Assembly (NCBI GenBank): GCA_001643675.2
Contig: LSRY02000018.1
Coordinates: forward strand, 620,001 to 684,000
Origin: Monocercomonoides exilis PA203
Taxonomy: Eukaryota > Protista > Preaxostyla
DNA length: 64,000 nucleotides
Direction: 5' to 3'
Below the pieces are notes generated by a model that saw only the letters and a list, made by a program, of their open reading frames with translations, was not told where the DNA came from and searched no databases. This document shows positions 25,933 through 40,000 of the stretch, piece by piece. A program made the position numbers and the translations under genes. Each line of letters opens with the position of its first letter. Position 1 is the stretch's first letter.

Positions 25933-26449
25933 TATATGGGGCAAAATTTTTTTATTTATGAAAAAAACCATGTTTTGTTCCAAACTTATTCTGCATACAT
26001 ATCACAATGCATATAACATTATTGTGCAAAAAAATATTTGCAACGAAATCCATAATAATAATTTATTTTCATTTTTGAAAACAAATGTGTTTTTTAAAGA
26101 AATATCAGGAGAATATTCATGAAAGGTGTGATTTGAATATTGTTTGCATTATTATATTATTAAAACAGGTATGGAAGTTTCACTGAATTGTCAATGCTTC
26201 TTTCATTGATTTCATATTTACTGTTACAATTTGTGTTTGTTATTGAAAAAGTATGTGGTAAATTTGTTCATTCGAACTGAAAATTGGATGAAGACACAAT
26301 TGCGTGAAGATTTGTTGGATTCTCAAAATTTTCAAGTTAAAATTAAAAGAAGAAGAAAAATCACTGTCTGTATAGAAATAGCTTCATTTCCACCTTTATC
26401 ATTATCTTATTTATATTCCTCTTCCTCTTTCTCCAATTCTTTTCACTCC

Positions 26450-28260
26450 TTTCAAACACATCCATCCCTCTTTTCAATCTTCCATGTAAGTTGTTCACTT
26501 TTATTTATTTTCGTCGAGTGGTCTGTATTTTCCATCGTCTTCTTCATCCTCGTCTCAATTTCAGGCATCTCTTCTTTATCCACACGGTTCTGCACAAAAG
26601 ATGCCTGCTTTTTGATGATTGTGTTGGAAGGCAATGGTATTTCCTTGCATGGCTTGCGTGCTGTTGTGGAGGCGAAGAACGACTGGCTCGATAGAAAAAT
26701 GGAAAGTGCTACTGATGCACTCTTCTGCTGAGGGAAAGGTGAAGTGCGCAAAAACATGGAAGGAGATTGGGCTGTTGAAGGATGAAATAAAAGATATCAA
26801 GGTGGTGAAAAATATGAAATTTAGATTGAAACAAAAAAGTTTGTTATTCTTTAATGTTTTTTTTAACAATTATTTTTTTAAAAAAGAAATAGCTTCACGA
26901 CTTCATTCAATACTCATTAATGTTTTCATTCATTTTCATTTTTATCATCAAAGCCAACACATCAATGAATTTATTTATCCACACTTTCCCACTGCAACAC
27001 TGAAACTACCAGCATCATCTGCCACTTCGCTTATGTCTCTTCTCTTCAAGCACACTTCTGCTTCCTTGTCACTTCTCTTATTTCTCCCTGTCTTCACTCT
27101 CTCTGAGATATCTGCCTTTGCAGAATGCACTTGTTCTTCACATACTTGTTCAGAGCAACCATCAGATGCGTTTGTGGAGCATGTCTCGCTCCATTTAACA
27201 GATGAGAAGAATGACACGACAATAATACTGCTGCTGATTACACTTGATGTTTCATGGTACTGAATGGACTTGTGCTGTTTGCAGTGGGGAAGATGTCATT
27301 TCGGAAGAAAAAAGAGGAGGAGAAGGAGAAGGAGAAGGAGAAGGAGAAGAAGAAGAAGATGATGATGAATATGCTTGTGTAACTGTGCATGTCACAACAG
27401 ATAAATACACCTCCATCCACTTTTCATTCATCTCTCTGTTTTTGGTGCACAGCAACTCTTCTGACTTGAGGATCAGCCAGCCAACCCCAATCTGTGTCAA
27501 ATGCTTCTCCAAAAGCAAAAGATATGACTTATGCTCAGCAACATCGTTACGAATGGAATAAAAACATGTCAAAGCGAGAGAACAAAGAGAAGCAACGTGG
27601 CTGGGTTCTTTTGTGAAAGAAAAAAGAACATCACAAAACGACTGCGAAATGATGGAATTAAATGAATCTTCTGGTAAAATTGGAATAGAAGGAAGCGAAA
27701 TTGAGGAAAAGGATGAATCTGAATCAAAAAGAGGAGTCGGCTTCGTTCCTTTCAAAATCATTAGAATGGAGAGAAAAGCGGACGCAGACGGAGATGGTGA
27801 ATTATACAGACAAGAAATGAGAGAAGTCATCAACGACATTGCTGCTTCACGTGGAACAGGAGGCAGCTCATCCTGACAAGCACTGTTACCATCCAGAGGA
27901 GCAAGAGAATACAGCGACTTCACTGCATATGTCCACTTTCCCGACTGCTTTGACAGGGAAGGAGAAAGAAAGTCCTGGCAGCGCTGAGGGTAATTGGCAA
28001 GGAGGAGCAGCCAAGAGGAAACAGGAGACAGAAAGCAAGCATCGCGCAGGAAGGGGAACAGAGGGACGAATTGGATGGCTTTCTTCCGCTTGGCAGGCAG
28101 AAGATCGAGCAGCGATGTGATGAAGAAGAAGAGCTACTGGAGAAGAATGGAGAGGTATTGCTGTGACAGAGAGTCGTCTATTTTGGACAAATACACTGAG
28201 ACTGACTTAAGAACAGCAGAAAGGGCGCAGAGGAGCACGCGGAAGAAGCACATATAATGT
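26450..28260 (-). pseudogene. Fragments of an unidentified host gene
   Basis: GC-richer, codon-like minus-strand ORFs (27252-27923, 26975-27217, 26452-26757) separated by stops and AT-rich intron-like gaps. No domain recognised. Confidence 0.3.
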
Positions 28261-29051
28261 AATGGCAGAGAACCCGCGTCTTGCATGCATTCTGATGAAG
28301 ATGGAGAAGAAGTACGGAAATCAAGATGATCAACCCGAAGAAAAAGTCTGGGGCTGTTAGAGAGAAAAATAAAGGGACAATTTCATTTGAGACGGAAAAG
28401 AAAAACAAGCTATTTTAAACAGAAATCTTCTCAGTGCAATCCATTTCATCTGCTTCTCATCAGTTTGATTATCCTCCTTCTTCAATTCTCAGGCAGTCTG
28501 TTTTTTCTTCGATACTTATATCGAATTATCCTTCTCCTTCTCCTTCTCCTTCATCTTCGTCTTCGTCTTTCCATTCTCCTTCACCATTTTTTACTACTTC
28601 TTCTTCTCCTCTTTCACTATTTTATCATTTTTCGTCTTTTTCTCATATTCTTGTATTTTGTCTGTTTCAACTCCTTCAACTCCTTCTTCATCTTCATTTT
28701 TTTCTTCATCTTCATCTTTACTTCCTCCTGCTCCACTTCATTCTTCTTATTCTTCTTCCTTCTCGTCTCCTTCTTCTCCACTTTGCACAACCGCTCCACC
28801 ATCTGTACGTTATCCTTATTCTTCAACATTTGTTCACTCTTCACTTCGACCTTCAATGTTTATTTTTTCTCCCACTCTTATTTCTGATTCATCGCACTCA
28901 TCATCATCGTCTTCTTCTTCTTCTCCTCCTTCTTCTTCTTCCATACCAATAACTTCCTTTACAGATTTCCTTCTTCTTCTTCTTCTTTCCTCGCATCTTG
29001 CCCTTTGTTTCGATGTTCGTGAGCCATCTCAGCGAAAACGATAGGACAAAT

Positions 29052-29325
29052 GGGGGAAAATACGGACTTTCAAGCTTTTTATGCACAAAGCATAGAAAAA
29101 TTGTTTAACTTATAACATTTTTAAACTTAACCAGATTTCAAAATAAATTTGATTTTCATATCTGCAAGCAAATATCATTGATATAATAACATTATGTTGT
29201 GTGACATCACATGTATTTCAAAAAACAAACCAATTTTTTTTCAAATTTCTTGATCACAAAAAGATCATCTTTAATGTATAATTTTTCAATGAAAATGCCT
29301 GAAGTCAAATATTTTGTCCCAAATG
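29052..29325 (+). repeat. Dispersed ~280-bp repeat, probable transposon terminus (copy 2)
   Basis: Homologous to 3435-3714. Confidence 0.75.
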
Positions 29326-29944
29326 AAAGATAATAAGTGTCTGAGAAGCTTATTTAAGCCTATGTGACATGACAAATCACAGAAACGATGTCAGTCAATA
29401 ACAGATCATTATACCCAAAATATTGTTTTTTTATAATAATAATAATAAACCCTCGTTATCAGTTTGTATTATAATTTGAATTCAAAATAGCAAATTCTTT
29501 ATCAATTTTTCACAAAAATATTTCGAAAACCATAATGCTTTCAAAAATATTTGATAGGATCGCTAAATATTTTATAAATACATTGAAATAAACACTAGTC
29601 TTGTTGATCTTATAAATTCTTTTCAAATTGGCTAACAAAAATCTTTGGAGGATATGGAAATTGTTTGTGATCAACGTATTTATTATTACAAACATAATAA
29701 TAAAACTTCTCTTTTCAAAAAAAAGTGTTCGATTTGAAACAACAGGAACTTAATAGTGTTGGTTGTTCATTCGTTTCTTTGCAACAAGTGATCATGAAAG
29801 ACAATCTGGATTGTTTGCGATTAATCTTTAACTTTTCCTTTTCATTTGAATTTTTTGTTCATTCATTGAAATGAAGGTTACAAGCATCCGAAGAAATGTG
29901 GAGAATTAATCACAAGACTATCCTTCGAAATTCACAATGAAACT

Positions 29945-32482
29945 TTGTGGATTAAATACAACAGTGTATTTGCTGATGGAGTCACACTGAAGGATCCTCA
30001 CAAATTGTTTTTGTGTATTTGCAGCAGAAACGGGCAAGCGTGTGGAGCTTACGGAAGATCCCCTGCTATATTTAAACACAAATGTCTTTTCTTGTTACCT
30101 TCTTTGTCAAAGTCTTTTTTCAAAAGCAAGGAGAAAGCGAGTCCAGACAGATATCTGACACTATATTTCGCTTATCAATCAACAAATTCGCATCTTGTGG
30201 ATCTTTTTTTGGACACAATCACAAAATGCAATCTATCTTTTATTTCCGCTGCCTCAACAGAATTCAACAAGTTTATCAGGTCATTAATTGTAACTTCACA
30301 AAGAAATCCAACACTTCCTCCAGAATCAATATTTCCAACTTTAACAACAAGAAAAATAATGAAACACTTAATGGAATCAAAAATGAAAAAGATTTCAGAA
30401 CGCCATTCATTCGTCAATAATAAATGCCTTGCGGTTATGATGGACAGCGGAATTGTGGCAACAAACAAATACACTGTTGTTACTGTTGTTGATTTATCTG
30501 TTGATGGAATCCCGTTTTTTTGGTGCTTGAAGCAAGGCTGTTCATCTTCACAAGATTACGAGAAACTGGCGAAAGAATGCATGGAAGAAATTCCACATCT
30601 CGGAGGGGAAGTTCGATGCTTTTGTTCAGATGGGCTTTTCGCACAAAGATCAGTATTGGAAAGAATTAAACCAATAAACGAAAGAATACCAATTGGTAAA
30701 TCAAGTCTTATCACTCCATTCTATATTTATTGCATGAACCATCTAATTAACTTAGTTCAAATGCATTCATTTGAAAAGATTACATGTCTGGAGGATATTA
30801 AAAGGATTGTTATAACATTCGCTAAAGAAACACACACTCAAAAGACATCTAAGCAACTGAAAAAAAAGTGTCCTGCTTTTTGCTCAACGAGATGGTCTTG
30901 TTTGTATGATATTTGTTCTTTTATTAGGAAAAATGAAAGAGCGATAAGAGAAATTGGTTTATTAGATCAAAGAGAAATAACAAAAGCAATAAAGGCAGAA
31001 ATATTATTACTTCCTCTTCAAATTCTCCATAGCGTGTTTGAGAAAAATTCAACAAAATTTGGAGATGTGTTTCCTTACTTGTTGATGGCAATGGGTCAAT
31101 ACATGTGGATTCAAGGTCAAGACGATTTTCAAGAACCTGAATGGCACAATGCAGTAACCAATGTTATGATCATGTTATATAATTACACTTTGAGTGAAGA
31201 GAGAGTTGGCTTCATTGCATTAGCATTTTCTCTTACTCCCATTGGTGGTCATTTGCTTAGAAAGGATCAATTTTGTGAAATGCTCGCAAAAGGAAGCATT
31301 GTCAATGAAATCACAGAAGCAAATATGATTGATAACAAATTAAGAGGAAAAAAAGAAGCAATCAGCAATCAAAAGCCTTCTCCATCATATTTCAAGCAAC
31401 CAAGCCCCACACATAGCGATGAATTCCTGGTTTTTTTCACGGATCATAATGATTCGTCGAATATTGTGACGCAAAAACACGAATTACTTTATCATGACCC
31501 ACAATCAAATTTAAAATCTAGTTCATCGTCAGTTGCCGTCTTTTGCAATGAAACAATATCCTCCGAATGTTCGAAAACAAGCATTTCATCATCTGAATCA
31601 CTTTCACTTGGTTTCTTTAGATCCCAATGTTCCAAAATGTTAGAACAAAGCAGCACGTCAAAGAGCTCAAACATTATTTCAATTGCTTCAAAAGAAAGAT
31701 CTCTTAATGATTCACTCTCAGTCCAATCTGAAAATCTTGATCTTGGAAATAGAAAACTTCTATTTCTCTTGAATGCGCTGGAGAAACATTTGGAAAAGAA
31801 AGAAGAGCGCAAATCGGAAGTGTTATATGATGATTCTGATGATAGTGATTTTTCTTCGATAGTTGATGATGATTTCGACGACTTTTCAATTAAAGGGATT
31901 CATCCGATAAATGAAAACATGAGCGATGATACCAAGAACAACACAAGATCTTCTTTAAATTCATGTTTAATGGAAGATCGTTCAACAAACGATCAAGAAA
32001 AAACAACAATTACAGATTCAGTGGAAGAAGACTGTGCTGAAGTCTTTTATGTTGGATCAAACAAAAAACTGAAGCTTGTTGAGAATATTTCTGCAGTTCA
32101 GGATCTTCAAGCCATCGAAGAAATATCAATGTCTCTGCAGGGGACATGGTATCCAAGATTATTTAGTGCATTCGAAAAGTACGTAGAAAAAACATTATGT
32201 CATCATTAACAAGAAATTCGTGAAGGTTGTTTAGCACTTTTTAAAGAATTATTATTGTCCCCACCAAAAGTGTATGTCGATTCTTCGCCTTTTGTTCTAT
32301 TCAGTCATATTGCTTCGTATGGAGGTATTAATACAGTTTTCGCTTCAGTTTGTTACAATCTGGTTGTTGCCCCATGCAGTGAAGCTTCATGTGAAAGATT
32401 ATTTTCACGATTAAGAAGAATCATAGGAGACAGAAGGTGTTCATTATCTTTAAACACTCTCAATTCATTATTATTGCTTTAG
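29945..32482 (+). pseudogene. hAT transposase (one in-frame TAA at 32207-32209; 5' end uncertain)
   Basis: AVMMDSG (D1), CFCSDG (D2), YCMNHLINL (CxxH), CSTRWS (RW motif). In the same frame after the stop comes PCSEASCERLFSRLRRIIGDRRCSL (catalytic E and hAT dimerisation domain). Confidence 0.9.
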
Positions 32483-33235
32483 AGCACTATTATATTTATT
32501 GTTGAAGTTGGTTTTTTAACTTCTCTTTTGATTTTATGGTTTTTCCTTGAAAGGTTCTGATTCTTAAATGTATTTTTATTAAAAAATATCGTTCTAATAA
32601 TTCTCATGAGAATATAAGCTTTCTTGAAATGATATTTATTGCATTTTTAAATACAAAGAATTCAAAACGTTCATATAGACCAACTTGTTGTATAATTAAA
32701 TGAGAATTTCTCGGTATGATTCACGTTTAAATATATCGACTAAATTTCAATTTTAACTTTAGAGATCATCTTTTTGATAAACTTCTAAACAAAACTTAAC
32801 AATGATGGTAGATGTTCCTTATTTTTGAAAGGAAAAAAAGTTGAATAATCAAAGATAAACTGGTGCTAAGGAAAGTTTAAAGAGAAGGAGGAGGAGGAGG
32901 AGGAGGAGGAGGAGAAGAAGAAGAAGAAGAAGAAGAATAAAAGAAGAAAATGATGATGGTGATGATGATGATGATGAAGTGGAAGAATGGAGAAGAGGAG
33001 AAGGTTTTGTGATCTGAGAAGAAGAAAAAGAAGAAGGTGGAGAAGAAGAAGAAGAAAAAGAAAAAGTAGAAGGAGAGGAGGAGGAGGAGGAGGAAGAAGA
33101 ATCAACTTGAGAAGCCAGGCGATGTGGAGGCAATGCAGAAGTGTGTGAGTTGCTAACTTTTTTATTGTCTATATTTGACGTCTATTGAATTGGAGTAGCA
33201 TTAGCAGAAAAAGAAACAGAAGAAGAAGATGAGGA

Positions 33236-36200
33236 TTATGTTGAAGTTGAGGATGACTGTGGAGATGAAGATGAAGATGAAGATGAAGGTGAAGAAGAAG
33301 ACGAAGAAGAAACCGAAGAAGATAATGCCGAAGACAACGACTGATTCCTCCTTTGCAAAGTGCGCTTAGCAAAAGATACAAAAACGGAGCGATCCTGCGC
33401 CTCGACAGGGACAAGCGACGAAATGTGCTGGATGGTTGCTGCGTCTGTATTTGCAGTGCTGTCTTTGTTTCCCTTTGCCCGCTCTTCCGAGTAGTTTTCG
33501 TCATCGTCTGTCAGAAGAGAACGAGAAGCTAGCTGGATGTGGTCGGGTTCTTTGGGTTTTCGCTTTGATTGTGTACTTGTCATAGGAGAAGAAGAAGAAG
33601 AAGAAGAGGAAGAAGAAGATGATGATGATGAATAAGAGGTAGAAGAATTAGCAGAGGAAGCATCGTTTTTGACAGGATGTGATGCTCCAGTTGTTTTTCC
33701 ATTGTGAAGTGAATGATTTGCAGACGACGAAGATGTCAGCTGAACAGGAGACAAATTAACGTCTGAAGGAGCACGGTGCTTGGATGGGGGAGAAGGCGAC
33801 GAAGACTGAGGAATCTGCTCCAAAACAGGATTTGATGAAGAAGCTGCAGTTGTTGATGAAAATGAAGATGAAGAAAAAGAAAATGATGATGATGAAGTTG
33901 TAGAAGCACTTGATGCTGCTGAAGTCAAACCTCCAGTTGCTCCTCGTGTTTTTGCATTCACCGATCCTCCCTCATTCTTCGCAACCTCTGCTTTCACTGG
34001 ATTGTTCTTGTTCGATCCACGCAGCAGCATCACAGCCTGCTTCTTCCCTGCTGTTGGAACCGAAGCCTCAACCCACTCAGAAATCTCTCCATCGTTTCCA
34101 GGAGTCTTTTGGCTTGTATTCACATCTTCCTCTTCTTCAATTGGGCTGGGCGGTTTCTTCTTCATCCGCCTCTTCCTCTTCTTTGAGTCCATCTTCTTCC
34201 GGATCGCATCCACAGTCAGCTGCTCGTTCTCTCGCCAGTCTGAATATCGCTTTACCGGTAACTGCTGAGAGCGAGAGAGGGGAAAAGAAGAAGAAGAAGG
34301 TGAATAAGAAGGTGAATAAGAAAGTGAAGAAAAAGGTGAAGAAGAAGAAGAAGAAGAAGAGAAAATTGAAGAAGAAGCTGCTGCTGAAGAAAGTGATGAA
34401 GTTGATGATGAAGCAGATGAAGCAGATGAAGCAGATGTTGAAGCAGAAGAAGCAGAAGAAGCTGCATTTTGTGTGCCAGGCGAGCCCCAAACAATCGCCT
34501 GGCTCTCTTCAGACAGCTTGTTCTCGCTGTGATGTGTGCTTCTGGGCAGATGACATGAAATATTCACATTAGCATTAGCATTAGCATTCAAATTTGCATT
34601 CATATTTGTATTCATATTAACAACTGCATTCTCCTTTTCCTTCTTTTCCCTCACAGAATTCTGCGTTTTCTTCTTTTTGTGCGGACTCTTTTTGCGGAAG
34701 ATGTCGAAATGGGCGCCATCAGAGCGGTCAGAAAGCGATATCACATTGTGCGAGATCGAGTGATGTTTCCTTCGATGCTTCAACGAATGCCTGTGGTGCT
34801 GTGTAGCTGGTTGTGTAACTGGCTGTATATGTTTCTGTGTAACTTGCTGTGAAACGAGCTGCTTATCAGAGGAAATTTTGATCTTGTGATCATGTTTGTG
34901 AGTGTGTTGATGCTTGAATTCATGTTCATGTTCTTTATCTTCATATATATCTTCATCTTCATTTCCTTCAACAGCAGCATCTCCAGCTTCATCTACCACT
35001 CCATCCAAGCTAACACCAACTTTACCTTCCTCACCAACCTCACCAACCTTCCATTCTCCTTCCTCCCCCACCTCTTGTTCCTGCTCCACCCTCTTCTTAT
35101 TCCCATGCCTTCTCCTGTGGTGCATGTGGTGATTATGATGTTTATACTGTTTATGATGCTGCACATCCACCAATGGCGGGTCAAGAGAGAGCGACAAACA
35201 CGATGCTGAATCTATTCCTGTGACTGTTCCTGTTCCTGTGCATGTTCCTGTGCCTGTGAGTTAGTGGTGAGTGGTTGCTGTGTGCAAGGCGTGTGGAGAG
35301 ATGAGTGTGCTGAGTGACTGGTTGGAGTTCACTCGCCCTGTCGCTGTGTGCTGACGGAAAGCTACTGCCTTGTGCTTCGGCTTGCCTGTGGTATTTGAAC
35401 ATGCTCCTGAATGTGTACTGAGAGATGTGTTAAGAGAGGCTTTCTTACTCTTCGCTGTTTTCTCTTTGGCTTGTGATTGCAGCTGATTCTGGCTCTGGCT
35501 ATGATTTAAACTCACTTTCATCTTCTTCATTTGTTTCTGGCTCTCTTTCTGCTTCTCTTTTATCTTCTGTTTCTGATTCATTCCCATCTTCATCCACTCC
35601 TGTCTCAGCGACTCTCTTTCTGTGGAAGAGGAAGTGGAAGAGAAACTGCAGCTTTCCGAGTCAGATGTGGGAGAAGGCAGAGAAGAAGGGAAAGAGCTGG
35701 TGGAAGAGAGAGAGGAAGAAAGAGAAGAAGAACGAGCGGGTGAAAGATGGAAAGATTGGCACGAAGAACGGCGCTGGTTGAAAATGCCGAGGAAGGAAGG
35801 GGAGGAGTTGTTGACAGAGGAGATGGCAGAGGAAAGGATGGAGACTGAAGAAGAAGAGGAGGAAGAAGAGGAAGAGGAAGAGGAAGAAGAAGGAGAAGAA
35901 AAAGACGATGAAAATGAAGAAGAAGAAGAAGCATCAGACAAAGCCTGATTAACAGCACCTGACGAATTAGTGCCTGCTGGTGATGCAGCCGGCTGCTGAG
36001 CTGAGCTCCGAGGAAAAGCGTTCTGAGAGAAGGAGAGGGAGTGGAAGTAGCTGTTGATGTTGGAGACCTTCAGAAAATGACTCAGCAGATGGGCGTGGGA
36101 AGAGGTGGGGGACGAGGAGAAGGAGAGGGAGAGGGCAGAAAAGGAGGAGGAGGAGGAGAAGAAGAAGAAGAAGAAGAAGAAGGTGGAGAAGAAGGTGAAG

Positions 36201-37030
36201 AAGTAAAAAAGAAGGAGCAAGAAAGAGAAGAAAGAGATGATGGAGATGAAGAGGAGAGAAGAGAAACAGCTGATGGCAATGGGAGATGAAGAATCGAAGC
36301 AGATGAACAAAGAAATCGAAGAGACGATGAGAAGTTGCAATGAAATGGAAATGTTTGAGTAGATGAGTGAAGAGGAGAAAGTGGAATATGCAAAGAAGAC
36401 AATAAAAGAGAAAGCAGAGAAAAAAGTGCCGTTGTTAGTGTTATAGCAACAGCTCAACTGATTGTGGAAGATATGAAGGAGATGAGGAAGGATAAGAAAG
36501 CAAAGAAGAAGAGGAAAAGAAAGGAAAGAAAGGAATAATTGAAAGAAGAAAAGGATGCTATTGCGAACGAGGAAGAAAGAGATGCAAGAAGAATATTGAC
36601 AGCTGAGCAAAGAGAGAAGGGGAGGGAGAGAAATGAAAGAAGAGATAGGATTCAAATGGAGAATGAGAAGAAAGAGATGAAGGAGAGAGAGGAAGAGGAG
36701 GGAGAAAATGAAGGAGAAGAGAGTGAAAAAGAAGGATAAAAAGAAGAGCAAGAAGAAAGAACGAAACCAATGAAAATCAAGCAATTTCCAGAGATCCAAA
36801 ATGAAGAGAAGTGAGTAAATAATGCGATCGAATACAATCTGAAAGGAAGCGATATAACCGAAGAAGCTGTAAATGAACCGCAGCCTTGAGCAGAGAAAGA
36901 GTGACAGACAGAAACAAAAAAAAAAAAAAAAAAAAAAAAAAACTTTCACAAAGCAGAGATAATGATGAACGCATCGAAGAAGAATCCTTTCCGAAGTGTA
37001 TATCCGGTTGAAAAGAAAGTTCAAAGAGAA
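33236..37030 (-). CDS. Long Ser/His-rich low-complexity host-like coding segment lying inside the hAT element
   Basis: 653-aa ORF 33236-35197 and adjacent ORF 35261-37024, with non-repetitive islands (PVKRYSDWRENEQLTVDAIRKKMD; DRSVFVSFAKRTLQRR). No domain recognised; the upstream part is likely degraded or intronic. Confidence 0.35.
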
Positions 37031-40000
37031 GTGAAGGCAAAACTTATAAAGGCGAAGAAGCCAAAAATATGGTGCAGCTTTGAAACACTGCAGAAACAGA
37101 TAATGAGGAGGAAGAAGACGAAAAGACTGATGTCAATCAAGAAGATGATGGCATAAACGATGCGTAGAGAGGAGAAGCTGGTTGTAATGAGGGCGAAGGT
37201 TTTAGAGAAAGTGCTGGTTTTGGCTGAAGAATAGTTTAGATCGACAAAAGATATGACGATAATGAAAGCGATGTGGAGTTTAGTGATGTGGTGCTATCAG
37301 AAGAGAGCAATGATGAGAGATGATGGTGGAGGATGGGAAGGAGAGAAAAAGAGTGAGATGGAAAACATTAAGCAAAATATGAAAGGAGAAAGCTATGCAG
37401 ACACGAGAACTGTAAAATTGGAGATGATTGCAAAAACATGAGAGAAGCAAAGAGCTAATGAAGTTGTAGAAAAAGTGAAAATAGAAGCGGATGACGTAAC
37501 GTAAAAAAACCAAAAAATGAAGAAATACTACAAGAACAAAGAGGATTATTTTCAGAAAGAGATTGAAGAGACAGACAGAGAAGAGACAAAAAGCGAGGTT
37601 GACATCGGGACATCAGAAGCTGAGTCGCATGAGAAGTTAAAGAAATGAAAGAAAGAATAAAATAGAAAAAAATGCAATGAATAATACAAAAAACTGTTAA
37701 GAAGTGTCCGAAGGAATTTGAAATGGTAATTATGGAGATGTCTCTTGAGGAACAATGGCGAAAAGCAGAAAGTAACGCAGAAAAAGTAAATAAAGCGAAG
37801 ACAAAGAAAGGTTTATATTCTTAGAAAATTGCACATTCCGAATCATCCGAATATTTACTTGCGGAGAGTGGATCAACAGAATACATATTGGGTCATGATT
37901 CAGATAAAATACCTGAATGGGTGCTTGAAAAGGAAGATGAAAATGAAGAAAATGACATTATTATTCAAAAGAAATCCTTTTTTCCATCCTCTCAAAGTTC
38001 TGACTTTTCAGACACAAAACCAACCTTCATTCAAATGGAAGACTTGATTCAGTCCTTTTCTTCTTTCTCAAATCCGGTAGATGTCATGGTATGTTCTTCG
38101 CCACATGAAAAACTGATTGTTGATTAAGCTGATTCTTTATTCATGCTGCTTCGTTGATGGAATGAGAAAACAGAGATGAAAAGTTGGGATTAATAAATGG
38201 CAATGCTTATTTATGATTTAAAGAACATGATATAGTTTTGATTTGAAATTATTTTCAATTTTTTCATTCATCTCATCTATTTGGATAAAACTCTTAAATA
38301 TTTAAAGTCAAAAGAAAGTTATAGATTAAAAATATTAAGAAATATTTTTGTTTCCATAAAACTTTGTGAATTGTTAAAAAAACTATTCTCAGAACTGCGA
38401 TATGTTATTAATTTCTACAAACGGTTTATTTGTGCATTTTAAAATAACAAATGTTGAACAGTGTTAAAATGATAATAAAAACAACTAAGAAGAAATATGT
38501 TTATGTTTCGGTTCTTCATGCTTTCGACTCTTCGAAAAAAATGAAAATAATGAACAACAAAAAGAATGCACGAATCAGGAAAGAAATTACCCATTTTGTT
38601 CAAAAATTGAAAAATAAAAGCTTCGTTAAGAGCAGAAAAATGTGATTGCTTTAATAAAATACTTCGAAAACAAGAAAAAATCCATATTTGTATTCGAATA
38701 ATATTAATTTCATTCTGTCAGATCACTTTGTGACAAATGAGTATTTTCCTCACAAACAAACAAAATGCATTTGCTTTTCGATTTCAACTTGAATTAAGGA
38801 GTATTTTCAAATGTGACAAAATGACAGATCTGACTTGTCAGTGACAGATCTGACAAGTGATAAAACCACAATACTTTAATTTGATCAATTTGTCACTTGC
38901 AAAAAATGATTTGAATATGTTTTGATTTTCATGGAAAGTTAAGAAAAATAAGATACTAAAGCATAAATATGTTTTTTTACGTTTAAATATGAAAAAATTT
39001 TCAATAGTTTTTATTTTCACTTTATTAATTTGAGTGACAAAAAAATGACAAACTGAAAAAGTCTTGTCTGTCATTTTTGAATTTTTTCCGATTTTTCGTG
39101 TCATGTCACACAGGATTAAGCTTATTATGTGTGCTTCGTTTTGAATGTTTCAACAAAGACAATGCTCGTTCCATTTTAAGACTCGTTCTGCAGCGGACAC
39201 GATGAATACTGAAGCACAGACCTCTGGAAATGTTGCATCTGATGCTAGAAAGACAGATCTGAATGGGGTGTTCCACTAGCTCCTTCATTACAAAAGGCCC
39301 ACCGAAATCTTGTGATGCTTGGAGCGACTGTGGGTGTTGCTGCACTTCCCTGTTGCTGAAGAGTGGAGAGTTAACATGCGCATAATGTGTGGAGACAAAT
39401 TCATCAGTTCGTACAACGAGGATTTATGAGCAAGTGTTTGATCAACATCTGCTTTTTTAACTGCTCGATGATGACATCAGCTTTGAAAGCCTGAGTGCTT
39501 TGCTGTGAAGAAGCAGGCAGCGAAGGTGCAGTTAAAGTTGGAAAAAGAGAAATAGAAAGAAATAGAGAGAGAAAGAAAAAGGGAGAGGAAGGGAGAGAGA
39601 GGGGAGAGGGGGAGAGAACAGGATAGAAGGCAAATTGAGTGAGCATTTTGAATTTTTCGTAACAAAAACACATTCCCATAATTATATTTGGTTGGCTCTC
39701 CGTTATTAAGATCGTGTTCATCAGATACTGTTAGGCAACACTTGTGCTCGCTGGTTCAGGATCATCCACAGATTTGTCTGTGGAAAGCGTCCAGGTGGAA
39801 AAAGTTGGAAAAGAAAAAGAATAAGTATTAGACGAAGAAGAAGCAAAAGAAGAAGAGGAAGAAGATGAAGAAGAAAAAGAAGAAGAGAAAGAAGACGATG
39901 ATGATGAAGGAGAAGAAGATTTTGAAGGTGATGATGGATATGGAGAAAGTCTACGAGAAGAAGAAGAAGAAGAATAATAATAATAAGTGGAAACTGAAGA

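Larger units (their letters stand above)
29355..39118 (+). mobile_element. 9.76-kb hAT DNA transposon with cargo
   Basis: AGCTTATT|TAAGCCTATGTGACATGACA ... TGTCATGTCACACAGGATTA|AGCTTATT. TIRs match at 18/20; the 8-bp TSD is identical (29347-29354, 39119-39126). Subterminal TGACA/TGTCA repeats at 38715-39110. A hAT transposase lies inside. Confidence 0.9.
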
